Source: Eledone cirrhosa
Lineage: Eukaryota
DNA length: 64,000 nucleotides
Reading direction: 5' to 3'
Assembly: GCA_964016885.1 (NCBI GenBank)
Contig: OZ024740.1
Coordinates: forward strand, 367,908,001 to 367,972,000
Position 1 is the stretch's first letter, and every line of letters starts with the position of its first letter. This document shows positions 41,560 through 55,067 of the stretch, one piece after another. The notes beneath the pieces were generated by a model. It was not told where the DNA came from and ran no database searches. It worked only from the letters and a program-made list of their open reading frames with translations. A program made the translations under genes and the position numbers.

Positions 41560-42948
41560 ATGGGTTCCAACGACTCGGCGGAGGTCACGGATCTCGTGGG
41601 AATTTACATAGCCCACATATTACATAGTAGATTTAGTAATCTACAGGGGGGGATATATAGAGATGACGGGCTCTTATTAGTTAATAACTTGAATAACCAA
41701 AATCTTGAAAGGCTACGGAAAAATATTAGAAAATCTTTTAGTGAACTGGGCCTAAAAATAACATACGAATACAATCTTAAGGTAGTAAACTTTCTGGACG
41801 TAACTCTTAATTTAAATACCGGACAGATACGACCCTTCCACAAGGTAAATGAGAACCTTACGTATATTAACTTTAACTCTAACCACCCACTCTCCATGAT
41901 AAAATCAGTTCCCCGGAGTATTTCTCTTAGAATCTCTCGCCTATCGTCTAACTCTGATATTTTTAGCGAACATGCTGAATACTACAATAATGCATTAAGG
42001 AATGCTGACCACCGGGATACAATAGAATACATCGATAGTAATTTCCACAACACACATAGCTCTACACGTAATCAAGGTATACGTAACCGGGGGACTAAAA
42101 CACAAGCACACACACACTATACTACCAGACATACTAATAATAGAAGTTCACCACCAAATAAATCACGTTGTAGAAAGTATATCTGGTATAATCCTATTTT
42201 TAATGCCTCGATTAGTACAAAACTATCTCTTTCATTCTTTAAATTAATCAATAAACACTTCCCTAGTTCCCATAAGTACAGCAAAATTCTGAACTCCAAA
42301 ACTATTAGACTATCATACTCCACGGCACCAAACCTTGAAGCATACATAAAAAAACTTAACTTAAGGCAATTAAACAACTCTACAAAACAAAACATTTTAG
42401 TAACAGGTGGGCAGAACGCAATATCTGCCTCCCAACCACTAAATGGGAGACGGATATTGCACAACCCACCTGTACCGCTATCACAACCTATCCATGGTAT
42501 ACCCGCTACCCACAACAAAGCATGTAACTGCCATCTACCTGAAAGATGTCCATTGCAGAATGAATGCCTAAAGTCCAACATTGTTTACCAATGCACGGTT
42601 GAATCGGACGACCAGAAATGGTATTATATCGGATCTACCACCACATCGTTTAAATCTCGCTGGTACCGTCATCGATTCTCAATCAAACATCAGAATCACC
42701 GTTTTGTGACCACGCTCGCCAACAAGACCTGGCAACTCCGTGAACACAACCAACAGTTCACCTTAAAATGGGATATACTTTCCAGCGCAAATGCATATCG
42801 GAGTGGTTTGAAGTACTGCAGGTTATGTAACCTTGAGCTATTTTACATACTAAAATCCAAAAACAAACTACTTAACGATAGAATTGAACGATCATTATAC
42901 TGCAACCACAAACTAAAAGCTAAATTCTCTCACTATAAAATAACTTAA
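41560..42948 (+). CDS. Mirror copy of the 5'-truncated PLE RT-GIY-YIG ORF
   Basis: Same motifs; only A/V and Q/P differences. Confidence 0.9.
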   Translation: MGSNDSAEVTDLVGIYIAHILHSRFSNLQGGIYRDDGLLLVNNLNNQNLERLRKNIRKSFSELGLKITYEYNLKVVNFLDVTLNLNTGQIRPFHKVNENLTYINFNSNHPLSMIKSVPRSISLRISRLSSNSDIFSEHAEYYNNALRNADHRDTIEYIDSNFHNTHSSTRNQGIRNRGTKTQAHTHYTTRHTNNRSSPPNKSRCRKYIWYNPIFNASISTKLSLSFFKLINKHFPSSHKYSKILNSKTIRLSYSTAPNLEAYIKKLNLRQLNNSTKQNILVTGGQNAISASQPLNGRRILHNPPVPLSQPIHGIPATHNKACNCHLPERCPLQNECLKSNIVYQCTVESDDQKWYYIGSTTTSFKSRWYRHRFSIKHQNHRFVTTLANKTWQLREHNQQFTLKWDILSSANAYRSGLKYCRLCNLELFYILKSKNKLLNDRIERSLYCNHKLKAKFSHYKIT

Positions 42949-43441
42949 CATTCGAACCCGTAACTACAACACCACTTTCTAGCTAACAACCTTCTCTTCT
43001 CCCCCACACTACAAGACAATACACTGCTTATCACTATACATGGTAACTCAGTACAATTCCTAGATTACTACTACAAAACCAAAAGTTCACTCACCACATA
43101 TACTTTATCTGTCCCCTCTCTACCTATATATCTCTCTCTACATCCATTACACTCTCTCTCTCTCACCTTTGACCTACCTCCCTCTCAACATCTATGAACT
43201 TGACCTCTGGGGCAATAAATAATTCCGACCTCAACTATCTACGCATCTCTCCAAAAGTAACTAATAAAACCCCTACCATAACATTTTGATTAAGATATCT
43301 ACAAGCCACTCTCTCCTACTTCTCCAACCCCTGCATATCTTTCCTTCTCTCTCCATCTTCCCTACTTTTCTCTCTTCCTGTTCCACTCTATCTTCCCCAA
43401 CAACCCCACTTAAGGGTTTTTACATTGTATATTTACCATTC

Positions 43442-43553
43442 TGCTCTGAGGAAACAGTGGTCACAGCATTGGATATTCGAGTTCTGCAAATACTTGTGAA
43501 TTTGCACGTAGCGGAACTAGGCTGCAGTACCACCGTGGAAACACTTGTAAGCA
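43442..43553 (+). ncRNA. Type I hammerhead with an ~85-nt structured stem II
   Basis: tgct CTGAGGA [acagtggt..cagc..agttc tgcaaat..atttgca..gaact..gctg..accaccgt] GAAA C actt G TA agca, then AATAAA at 43559. Confidence 0.75.
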
Positions 43554-43600
43554 CACGGAATAAACTACCTTTTTATGATGTCTACCTGTTATTATTCATT

Positions 43601-43732
<132 letters not shown>

Positions 43733-43792
43733 GTATATATATATATATATATTATATATATATATATATATTCATATATATACATATATTAT

Positions 43793-43894
<102 letters not shown>

Positions 43895-44058
43895 TTGCAT
43901 AGGTTATATTTTATTTGTTGGGATCCAACAACCTTTAAAATGTTTATAACTGATATAAAGCCCTCAAAACGTTAGTGGAGTAGCTATCCACCGAATTTCA
44001 ACCGGTGAGGTTGTCTTTTTTTCCGGGTATGTCAGTATTTATTTATAAAACAAATCTG

Positions 44059-44124
44059 TATTTTATCTGATGAAAGCGCACCAAAATTTACCCTGGTCGC
44101 CCTTGAAATACATATAATAAAATA
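44059..44124 (+). ncRNA. Type I hammerhead
   Basis: tattttat CTGATGA aagcgcacca...tggtcgccctt GAAA TACATA TA ataaaata (8-bp stem I). Confidence 0.8.
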
Positions 44125-44162
44125 ATTATGGTTTTATAAATACAGTTTCCATTTATTAATAT

Positions 44163-44199
<37 letters not shown>

Positions 44200-44207
<8 letters not shown>

Positions 44208-44868
44208 AATAACAAAGAACGCTTATAGCATATGCATATCTTTACTTGCTAACATTGTTTCATCCGCACTATAAGTGGGACTCATCAGAGCATAAAGGTT
44301 AATTACATACCATACAAGCAATAACAAATCCAAGGCATTGAAGAATGAAAGGTAATAATAGACGATAAAGGATAAGAATAAAAATAAAAGTAAAAATAAA
44401 AATAAAAATAAAAATAAGGGGTGCTATCAGTCACAGTTGGGCGGGGTGCTGTCAACATATAGTTACATACAAGCATACACATGGATAAGAGAATAGACAA
44501 GAGTAGACACATGGATAAGAGAACAGACAAGAGTAGATAAGATAATGGGATTAGGTAAGAGTAGGTAAAAAATAGGTAAAAAATAGGTAAAAAATAGGTA
44601 AAAAATAGGTGAAAACAGACTTATAATATATATAAAAAGAAATACAAAGAAATACATAACAAACTTACATATAAAATATAGGGTAAGGAATGAGATAAAA
44701 TAATATAAAATTAAAAATTAAAAATGATATACATAGAACATAATATAATATAATCGTAAAATAAAATAAGATAAAATAAGGTAAACTAAAATCAAATAAC
44801 ATAGACTAAATTAAAATAATATAATATAAGATATAATTAAATGTATAATTAAATGTAATTAAATGTAA

Positions 44869-44908
<40 letters not shown>

Positions 44909-44968
44909 AAATTAAATAAATAAATAAAATTTAAATTTAAATTTTAAAATTAAAATTTAAATTTAAAT

Positions 44969-45004
<36 letters not shown>

Positions 45005-45147
45005 ATGTTAGCAAGTAAAGATATGCATATGCTATAAGCGTTCTTTGTTATTTATTATATTACGGCTCTGTCCTCAGACATTGAGCTAACCTCATACTGC
45101 CTGCTGGATAAGTGGAGTGTTATACACCCCTGATCCTTTCCCTAGCA

Positions 45148-45150
<3 letters not shown>
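44200..45150 (-). mobile_element. PLE-type 3' region with a hammerhead and an inverted 3' copy (45004-45060)
   Basis: 44200-44256 is the reverse complement of 45004-45060. Confidence 0.7.
44247..44292 (-). ncRNA. Type I hammerhead
   Basis: tgct CTGATGA GTCCcact tat agtgcGGAT GAAA CAATG TT agca. Confidence 0.8.
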
Positions 45151-45231
<81 letters not shown>

Positions 45232-45239
45232 GTGTATAT

Positions 45240-47840
45240 ATAAGAGAGTATTTTAAGTTTGCTTGCAGCATTGTGGAATAAGATATATTTTCTTTAGGTC
45301 GTTTTGGAATCCTCAACAATGCAGATGGCTAATTCTCCGGGTAACAAGATCCGGTGGTGAAGAGAGAGATATAAATGATGTAGAATGAGATGCATAGTGT
45401 GTAGAAGAACGTAGGAAAGAGTGTAAAAAATAAAAAAAAAATAACACGAGATAGAGTTACCTTGGAAGAGATTTAATTGTCCCTATATTTCGGATTCACA
45501 TCCATCAACTGTTCTTTTACCGGTGAGGTGGAGGGGGTTTATCTTTCGGATAGGAGCGATACGTATCCTCAGCTGTTCGTTGTTTTGAATATCCGAGGTA
45601 TTCAGCCAAAGGCGTGTGCACGTGGAATTGAGTCTGTCACTCAGATGTCGGCGGCCGAAATAGTTCTTATAATTGTGGGAGTGGGGTCGCCTTAGCTGTC
45701 AGTCCATTGTATTATCCGCCCTGGCTAGTTTCTGTATTAGCAGTGTTGAATAGTGTATTCGTGTGGTGGAGGTAGTATTCCCTGCCTGTTTGGTGAATGC
45801 TACTGTGTGTGCGTGTGTGTGTGTGTTGTTGCCTCGTGTGTCTGTATTAGCGTGTAGTATATTCGTATGGTGGAATGCTACTGTGTGTGTGTGTGTGTTC
45901 TAGTCTCGCTTGTGTGTGTGTGTATGTGTGTGTGCGTGTGTTGTTGCCTCGTTTGTTTAAACCAACTACCTCATTTCGCTTCTCTCGGATCGGTTATTTA
46001 TTTGTGGCCCTAGGCGTTTGATCCAGAGTGCTTCCTTGATTCGTAATGTGCCGACGTTTCGTTCCGTCGCTAGCACTGTGACAATGGGCCTTCCGTCTTT
46101 GTTTCTGCATTTGGTTTTGTGTTTCCAGAAAGACGAGGCCATATTGTTGATGTGATCCATGATCCGGATGTGTAGCGGCCGGATTGTGCTACCTATAGAG
46201 TAGTGTTTGCACTTGTAATTCTACCTTATACACGACGTGTGTGCGTAGGCAATAGTTCGTATGGCGCATCGGTCAGTTTCTGAAGGAGCACGCGTCAGTC
46301 GATTTCCAGGGTTTCCTGGAGAGGCATCTACGCAGGGAGGGGCCCGGTGAGCCAGGTGGATGTCGAGGCCCTCCCTCTGTATAGCCCTGCGGATAGCGTT
46401 GGTGGTATTCTCGCCCAGGTGTGGTATTTTAAGGAAGCACTTGCTTGGGTGTTTCTCTGCCTCTTGCGTCTGGTGTCTCTTATTCTGTTTGTGAGTGAGC
46501 CAAGGTACCCGTTCGTCTCTAGCACTTTGAGGAATCGCTTGGTATGGGTGACACCACTCACGGGATCGCTGCATCTGTTTTTAATTCGCGAGATCTCGTA
46601 CGTGATGTACCCTCGTTTAGCACTGTTAGGGAGGGCGGACTTATAGTGGACGAACAGGTCGCTGCAGGCCGCCTTGCGGTAGATGTTGGAGTGGATCCCT
46701 CCCCGTTCTGTGATGTTGATTCGGAAGTCGAGGAGGGCAAGTGACCCGTCGTCTTTGGGGTGCTTAACACTGAAATCAATGTTCCTTAAAATACCTCACC
46801 TGGGCGAGAATACCACCAACGCTATCTGCATGCGTATACGGAGGGGGGCCTCGACATCCACCTGGCGCACTCGGGCTCTTCCCTGCAAAGATGCCTCTCC
46901 AGGAAACCCGGTAAATCGTCTGACGCGTGCTCCCGCAGAAACTGCCAGATGCGTCATACGAACTATTGCCTACGCACATGCATCGTGTATAAGGTAGAAT
47001 GTAACAAGTGCAACCACAACTATATAAATAGCACGATCCGGCGGCTACACATCCGGATCAAGGAGCACATCAAAACCAGGACCTCGTCTTTCGGGAAATC
47101 ATAACCAAATGCGGAAACAAAGACGGAAGGCCCATTGTCTCAGTGCTAGCGACGGAACCAACGTCGGCACATTACGAATCAAGGAAGCACTTTGGATCAA
47201 ACGCATAGGGCCAGAAATAAATAACCGTTCGGAGAGAAGCGAAATGAGGTGGTAGGTTTAAACAAACGAGGCAACAACACACGCGCACACACACAAGCGA
47301 GACAACAGCACACACACAGACACACACACATTAGAATGCACTAAACAGGCAGGGAATACTATCACCACCACACGAATCCACTATTCAACACTGCTAATAC
47401 AGAAACCAGCACGGGCAGATAATACAATGGACTGACAGCGAACGCCACCCCACTCCCGCAATTAAAAGAACTATTTCGGCCACCGACCTCTGATTGACCG
47501 ACCCCAAATCACGTGAGCGCGCGTTCTGCTGAATACCTCAGATATTCAAAACAGTGAACAGCTGAGTACACGTATCGCTCCAATCCCACATATAACCTCC
47601 CCCACCCCGGAATAAAAAAACCCAGTTGATGGATGTGAATCCGAAATATAGGGACAATTTAATCTCTCCCAAAGTAACTCTATCTCGTATTATTATTTTT
47701 ATTGTTTACGCTCTTTCCTACGTTCTTCTACACACTATACATCTCATTCACTTACATCTCTCTCTTCAACACCGGATCTTGTTACCGCAGAATTACCCAT
47801 CTGCATTGTTGAGGCTTCCAAAACGACCTAAAGAAAAAAA
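45240..47840. mobile_element. Diverged head-to-head PLE insertion (Penelope/Poseidon-like thumb and GIY-YIG remnants; ~1.1-kb arms)
   Basis: The minus copy spans ~45285-46780 and the plus copy ~46778-47840. Both encode FLKIPHLGENTTNAI and LRIKEALWIKR.GP.INNRSE. Confidence 0.85.
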
Positions 47841-47842
47841 AA

Positions 47843-50771
47843 TATATATATTGTTATACTTTAGGAGGGTCATGTTGCCAATAAGAAACACATGCACCAA
47901 TTGTTTTCACTCGAATTCATTATAACTTAAATTATAAATTTAAAATTTTTTATAAATTTCCGGTCGATTGGTTGGTTCCACAACCGGATGGTTGTTCATA
48001 TATTGTCAAAGTTCTTTCGTCACACATTATGTGGCCAAGTCAGGGACCAGGGATTATTTTCTTTGTTTTGTGCCTCTCCTTTGTCCTGTCCTACGCCATC
48101 TTGTTTTTGTGTATGTTGTGTGCTTAGTTTGCGCATGTGTTACATCCAGGTGTCTGTGTGTGTTTTTATTTGTTTATTTATTTGTTTATTTACATGTTAC
48201 TAGTTGTTTTTTTGTTCTATGTGTGTTTTTTTTTCTCATTTTGTCCTTAATTGTAAGTTGTGATGCTGCTATTCCATTCATGTTTTCTATTTAATTTTGG
48301 ATGGAGTTCATTTATGCTTATTGCCTCTGTGATTTGTCTAAACATCGCGTCTTTTCTGTTTGTAGATTTTAATTTTTATTTCTGTTCTCTAATTTGCCCT
48401 TATGTTCTATTTTAGCATGTTGGTGGAGTACTGATGAGTCTTTTCTATCTTGAAGTTCTCGCCAGTGTTCATTTAATCGTTCTCCTATGCTACGAGCTGT
48501 CTCACCTGCGTACATTATATTCTTATCCTTACATTGTCCCTCAGTACATCTTATGCTCTATACTATGTTTCTAATTTTGCAGTTAATATGGCGGCTTAGT
48601 TTCCAGATTATGCATTCCTTATCTCTACAGGGAGGTCTTTGAAAAGTGTATGTATTGCTAATAAGTGTTGTTATGGAGGTACATGGTCTTTCCTCTCTCT
48701 TAATATTAAGTTTAAGTTTATCTGGGTCGCTTCTAGATTTGTAAGCTAGTTCACCTCTAGGGGTTGCATTGATGAACATTACACTCTGGTATTTATTGCT
48801 ATCATACCATGAGTTTATTCTATTAACGTTATTCCTAGTTCTTTCTATTCTATTCCAAAATGTGCTCCTATACAAGGGGCAGGTCCCATTTGTATCATTA
48901 TTTCCCATTTTTCCCATTTGGTTATGGCTCCTCTATATACTCTGATTTTATCTCTCTGATTGTAACCAGATAACTGCATACGGTGGATGAAGTGTTGTAT
49001 GCGTCTCACTAGTTCTATGAGGTTGCACATGCGGTACACGTTCCTCATCACCCGTACTAAATCCGCAATCAGTATGTTGATTTTAGTGTGATCCGAACAG
49101 CTGAGTTTCGCTGGATCAGGTATGTGGAAGTCATGGGTTTGGCATAATTGGAATGGAGTATATGTTTTTTGTTATCAATGGTTTCTAAACAGAGCTCTGT
49201 GTCTAGTACAGGTAATCGATGGTTGGGGTGTGTTTGCTTGGGTAGTCTATAGCAACTCTAATACTCTGGTTGATGGATTAAGCTATTTGCTGGATGCTTT
49301 CCATGGTGTTTTTCTCTAATTCCTGACTGTTCTCTAGTGGGGGTGTTATTACTACGATGTTTATATCATCAACGTAGCGGGAGTACATAATCAGGGTCAA
49401 GAGGTTGTTGTGTTCTAATTGCTCTTTAAGTTTATTGTCCAACCATACCATGGATAGGTTAGCTATGTCACCTGCAATGCTAACGCCAATGGCTTCTCCC
49501 TCCTGATGGGCATATGTTTTTCCATTAAATTTGAACACATGTTCTTAAGGGTTAGTTTTATACTGGTCCCTACCGCATGTGCAATCATTTTCTTTAGTTC
49601 ATCATGGTTTTCGGGATTCCGTATGGCTCTAATCCAACCGTTCCATCTTTCTGTGTGGGGTTTCTTGGCCATTGAGTTAATGGTAGGTGGTCTGCCTCTT
49701 GCTGGGGCAGAGGTTGCTAATGTCATACGTATCTAGATAATCATTATTATATGTAAGTTTAAGTAAGAGTCCCAGCTCGCTGGTATCAATCCCACAGAAT
49801 TCAACGTTGCTCTCACTGATCAATTCCTCGCAGTTCTCCACAGCAAAATCCACCTCAATGGATGGGTATAGGGACACTACATCCAAACTATCTATTATAC
49901 ACTCTGTTAGGTCCCTAGACAGGTTATTTTCACTGATTCTGCTGAGGAGGTCCTCCGTGCTGTCACATATATCCGAGCACATTTCAATGATGGGGCGTAC
50001 AATCAGGGAGAGGAAGTAGGAAATTATTTAGTTGCTAGCAATGTTAGCCCCACAAACTGGCCGTGTTGGTGGTCCTGTGACTAGGTCACTGTTTCTCTAA
50101 TAGTTTTTCGAAGCCCATAAGAGAGAAAAGACTCATCAGTACTCTACCAACATGCTAAAATAGAACATAAGGGCAAATTAGAGAAAATAGAAATAAAAAT
50201 AAAATCTACACACAGAAAAGACGCAATGTTTAGATATATCACAGTGGAAATAAACATAAATGAACTCCAACCAAAATTAAATAGAAAACCTGAATGGAAT
50301 AGAAACATCAAAACTTACAATTAAGGACAAAGTGAAAACATACACGCACATAGAACAAACAACGAACTAGTAACATGTAACTAAATAAATAAATAAACAA
50401 ATAAAAACACACACAGAGACCCGGATGTAACACATGCGCAAACTAAGCACACAGCACACACAAAAATAAGATGGCGTAGGCAGGAAAAAGGAGCGGCACA
50501 AAACATAGAAAAGAATCCCCAGTCACTGCTGATGTCACAGAATGTGTGACGAAAGAACTTTGACAATATTTGAACAACAATCCGGTTGTGGAACCAACCA
50601 ACCAACCAACCAGAAATTTATAAATGTTTTAAATTTATAATTTAATTTATAATAATTTGAAGTGAAAGCAACTGGTGCGTGTGGTTATTATTGGCAACAT
50701 GACCCTCCTAAAGTATAACAATATCGGATTCAACACACGTTTTCAGATAAAGAATCTTGCTAAACAAATTC

Positions 50772-50772
<1 letters not shown>
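47843..50772 (-). mobile_element. Degenerate PLE (RT and GIY-YIG) with an inverted 3' copy at ~50120-50722
   Basis: Fragments SLDVVSLYPSI, HQEGEAIGVSIAGDIANL, YSRYVDDINIV, FINATPRGEL and CKIRNIV...YAGETARSIGERLNEH. 47850-48445 mirrors 50120-50722. Confidence 0.85.
50522..50564 (+). ncRNA. Hammerhead-like motif (CTGCTGA core; decayed relative of 58593-58635)
   Basis: gtca CTGCTGA tGTCAC..GTGAC GAAA GAAC TT tgac. Confidence 0.55.
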
Positions 50773-50834
<62 letters not shown>

Positions 50835-50836
<2 letters not shown>

Positions 50837-51240
50837 TTTTAATATAGATGAGATTATACACGACTAGAACTGTTTCATTCTTCAGAAATCACCAGGAATC
50901 TGGGTATCAAAAAATAATTATGGTATATATAGGTCTCTACAAGTGGTAGGAGAGGTGGTGGAGTGGGATGGGTGTACGTCATTGGTTGACAGAATTCATT
51001 AGAAGCTATTTCAACAAAGCTATAATTTATTTTATTTTTAGAGTAACAAAGGCAGGAATAATTCTATAAACAGGGTCAGGATGGCATGGCAATCCTTATA
51101 AAGCTAACAGGTGTCTATAAAAGTAGTGGGTTCAGACATGGTAGATAGATTTAAAGGAAAGGGAGATTCTTAAAAGCTAAATTCTTTACTAAGTGATAAG
51201 GTTTAGAGAATTCTGTAGACAAATTCCAAATATTGAGTGC
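50835..51240 (-). mobile_element. Copy of the 59380-59905 family with a mutated hammerhead core (CTGGTGA)
   Basis: Reverse-complement similarity to 59400-59840. Confidence 0.7.
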
Positions 51241-51339
51241 ATATCTTACTACTGTCGTCAAATTTCTCTTAAACTATTCAACTATATGCCAAAATCAACA
51301 GACACTTTCACAAAACACACTCACTCATACACTCACGCG

Positions 51340-51404
51340 CAGCCATAGACACACCCACATACACATACAGACACATATATATATATATGTATATAAAAAA
51401 ATAA

Positions 51405-51446
<42 letters not shown>

Positions 51447-51478
51447 TCATATACATATATATATACATACATATACAT

Positions 51479-51557
<79 letters not shown>

Positions 51558-51655
51558 CATATACACATACATACACATACATATATATATATATACACAC
51601 ACACACATATACACACATATACATATACATATCTAAGTATACACCATATATACAC

Positions 51656-51689
<34 letters not shown>

Positions 51690-51839
51690 GTATATATATA
51701 TATATATATTCATATACATACATAAACATACACACACACATACATATACATACATATACATACATATATACACACATACACGCATATATACATATACACA
51801 TATACACACACACACATACATATATACATATATATATAT

Positions 51840-51905
<66 letters not shown>
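51340..51905. repeat. Compound (TA)/(CA)/(TACA) microsatellite
   Basis: Read directly from the sequence. Confidence 0.95.
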
Positions 51906-51907
<2 letters not shown>

Positions 51908-52029
51908 AGAAACCACCGCAAGATTTCAGAGGAGGAATAAACATAGGCAGAGTAGCTGGTACAACCCTCCTTTCAATAAAGAGGTCTCTACACCGATAGC
52001 TAGGATTTTCTTCAGTTTGCTGAAATTAC

Positions 52030-52790
52030 ATTTCCCCATACAACATAGGTACCACACCATCCTTAATAAGAACACAATAAGACTCTCCTACTCCACCACA
52101 CCTAACCTAGCTAGGAATATAGCCAACCACAATTCTAAAAAAATAAATAAGCCAACCACCTCCGAACCAATCCCCGGACTGGGGCGCTTTTAATTGCCTA
52201 AATAACGAAGCATGCCCACTTGAAAACAAATGCCTCACAAATGATATCGTATACAAATGCGATGTCATCTCAGGCACCGATGATTGCAAAAAAAACTTAC
52301 ATCGGCATGACCTCCAACAACTTTATGACCCGTTGGTATGCCCATACCCACTCCTTCAGAAGACCGGACAAATCAAACCAGACAACACTCGCCTCTTATG
52401 TTTGGGACCTCAAAAGGAACTCCACCCCCTTCACGCTTAAATGGAAAATACTCCAGAAAGCGCGCTATTACAACGGAGGACACAAGGGCTGCGACCTCTG
52501 TATCTCAGAGAGCTACGAAATTGTATTCGCCAAGGGCCCGCTACTGAACAAACTTTGCAACTTTCAAACACTTTAAGCCAGTGTTAAAGCCTGATGGCTA
52601 AAAACGACCTCCCCCTATTGGCCCTTATTCCTCCTTCCCACCCTACCCCCACCCCTCCTCAAACTGAAATACGGCCACTATGGTTATGTGAGTACCTCTT
52701 ACCTATCTGCATTCTCTGCCTGTAGAGCTGTTTTTATGTGCCTGTGTATATTCGTATATTTATTGAGTACTTACTTATTTGTTAGTGTAC
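52030..52790 (+). mobile_element. PLE Cys-linker and GIY-YIG fragment
   Basis: NCLNNEACPLENKCLTNDIVYKC / KTYIGMTSNNFMTRWYAHTHSF...WKIL...CDLCISE. Confidence 0.85.
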
Positions 52791-53212
52791 ATATTTGTGT
52801 GTGTGTATGTATATGTATGTGTATGTTTATGTATTGTATGTATGGGTATGTGTGCACATATGTATGTGTGTGTGTGTGTGTATATATATTTATGTGTGTA
52901 TGTGTATTTATGTGTATATCTGTATGTATGTTTATACGTGTATGTATGTGCATGTGTGTATATATATATGTATATGTATATATATATGTGTATATATGTA
53001 TGTATGTGTATATATGTGTATGTGTGTTTATATATATATATATATGTATATATATGTATATATATATATGTATATATATATGTGTATGTATATATATATA
53101 TATATATGTGTGTGTATACATATGTGTATGTATATGTATGTGTGTATGTGTGTGTGTGTGTGTATGTGTGTGTATATATATAAATAAATATATATATATA
53201 TATGTATGTATG

Positions 53213-53245
<33 letters not shown>

Positions 53246-53367
53246 ATATATATATATATGTATATAGTGTATTTGTATATATGTGTGTGTATATATATAT
53301 GTATGTATGTGTATATGTGTATGTATATGTATATGTATGTATGTGTGTGTTTATATATATATATATA

Positions 53368-53398
<31 letters not shown>

Positions 53399-53407
53399 GT
53401 ATGTATT

Positions 53408-53493
<86 letters not shown>

Positions 53494-53530
53494 TATGTAT
53501 GCATGTGTGTATATATATATATATATATAT
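52790..53530. repeat. Compound (TG)/(TA)/(TATG) microsatellite
   Basis: Read directly from the sequence. Confidence 0.95.
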
Positions 53531-54089
53531 GTCTCTTGGTCGGGTCGTTGGCGACTAAACTGGCAACCCCACCAAGGTTTCTTGGTGAGGAGGGTGACTT
53601 TGGACATCCTGCAGGACTAAAAACAAAACCTGTCAAAGGGCAGAGGAGCTCTTAATAATCAATGGCCATCCAAAATCACCGGGCGAGATGACCCCTTAGC
53701 CTTTGTCAAGGCAGAATTCTAGGAGAAGGGAAACTCTGATATAACACCTGCAACCCTGATGGTATCCAATGATGTTGACTTGTTCTTCTTTTTGGTAAAT
53801 ATCATCTTGGTTAAGAGAGTGGGACTGGCTTTGTGCAGTGCCTTTGCTCACTATAAAAGCTTCACGGCACAGGCATTGCTTTATATCTGGAGAACTCTCT
53901 GCACTTGTCGTCACATGGTACCATGGGCCCAGCACTATGTGTCAATAATTGTCACAAGTGAAGTGTTTCTACCAGAGTTTTCAAGTCGCTGGCTGGACTA
54001 AAAAGTCACATTCGTTCAGCGCATCGGTAGGGGTTCTCCTACATGGATATAAAGTAGTGGCCGTACTCGAAAACGAGTTGGCAGCCGCC
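53531..54089 (+). mobile_element. Isolated GC-richer 5' region of an RTE(-X)-like LINE
   Basis: The motif tctaggagaagggaaactctga resembles RTE-X 5' UTR sequence (recalled, not searched). A second copy lies at 19628-19940. Confidence 0.45.
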
Positions 54090-54143
54090 ATATATATATA
54101 TATATATATATGTGTGTGTATATGTGTGTGTGCGCCTCCGTAC

Positions 54144-54203
<60 letters not shown>

Positions 54204-54339
54204 ATATGTATGTATGTGTGTGTGTGTATATATATATATATGTCTGTGTATGTGTGTGTATGTGTGTGTATATAAATATATATATATATGTGTGTATATA
54301 CGCGTATATATATGTATATATATATATATGTGTAATTAA

Positions 54340-55052
54340 TTTAAATCGATATAAGCAAGCTCTATTTATTTGAATTAGTTTATTTCATTCTAGCTAACTT
54401 CGTCTTTTACAATACAAACACTTAGGTGTTTATCATATATTAATTTATATTAACTTGTATTTCACGGCTCAGAAATGCTTCTTTCTTTGAGCTAATTAAT
54501 TGTATATGACTCTAAATATAATATGATATTACTGCTCCTTCGGTAGAGCTAATTTTTAATCCCATATAAACGGCTGTTATTTCTAGCGCCATGAATATGA
54601 GATAGCTAGGGAGCTGGAATAACCGAGTGCAAAACCTCGTGCGTTTTGTGCTCGTAAACCAGACCTTCAACATTTTTTCGAGATGAGGTAACCTATTTTT
54701 TCTGGGTACCTGTTAATAAGCACAGAAGATTGATTTTTTCACTTTTTATACCATCGTTTGCGAAACTTGTTTGGATTTTGAAGTTCGGATTGATCTGCGG
54801 AAAAGGTTTGAATTTTGAAATTTAAATTTGCCAATATGAGGTTGTGTATATTGATTTATTATTTTAAATCGATACAGGCAAGCTCTATTTATTTGAATTA
54901 GTTTATTTCATTCTAGCTAACTTCGTCTTTTACAATACAAACACTTAGGTGTTTATCATATATTAATTTATATTAACTTGTATTTCACGGCTCAGAAATG
55001 CTTCTTTCTTTGAGCTAATTAATTGTAAATGACTCTAAATATAATATGATAT
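54340..55052 (+). mobile_element. Non-coding element with a ~190-bp direct terminal duplication (pLTR-like tandem)
   Basis: 54340-54529 is approximately equal to 54863-55052; same family as 13540-14288. Confidence 0.75.
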
Positions 55053-55067
55053 ATATATATATATATA

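Noticed and set aside
40314-42581. Antisense ORFs of 97-154 aa within the palindrome
   Set aside because: They are shadow frames of the PLE ORF.
43453-43537. Long 3' UTR hairpin as a possible SECIS element (some PLEs encode selenoproteins)
   Set aside because: There is no AUGA/GA quartet, and the retained ORF has no in-frame TGA.
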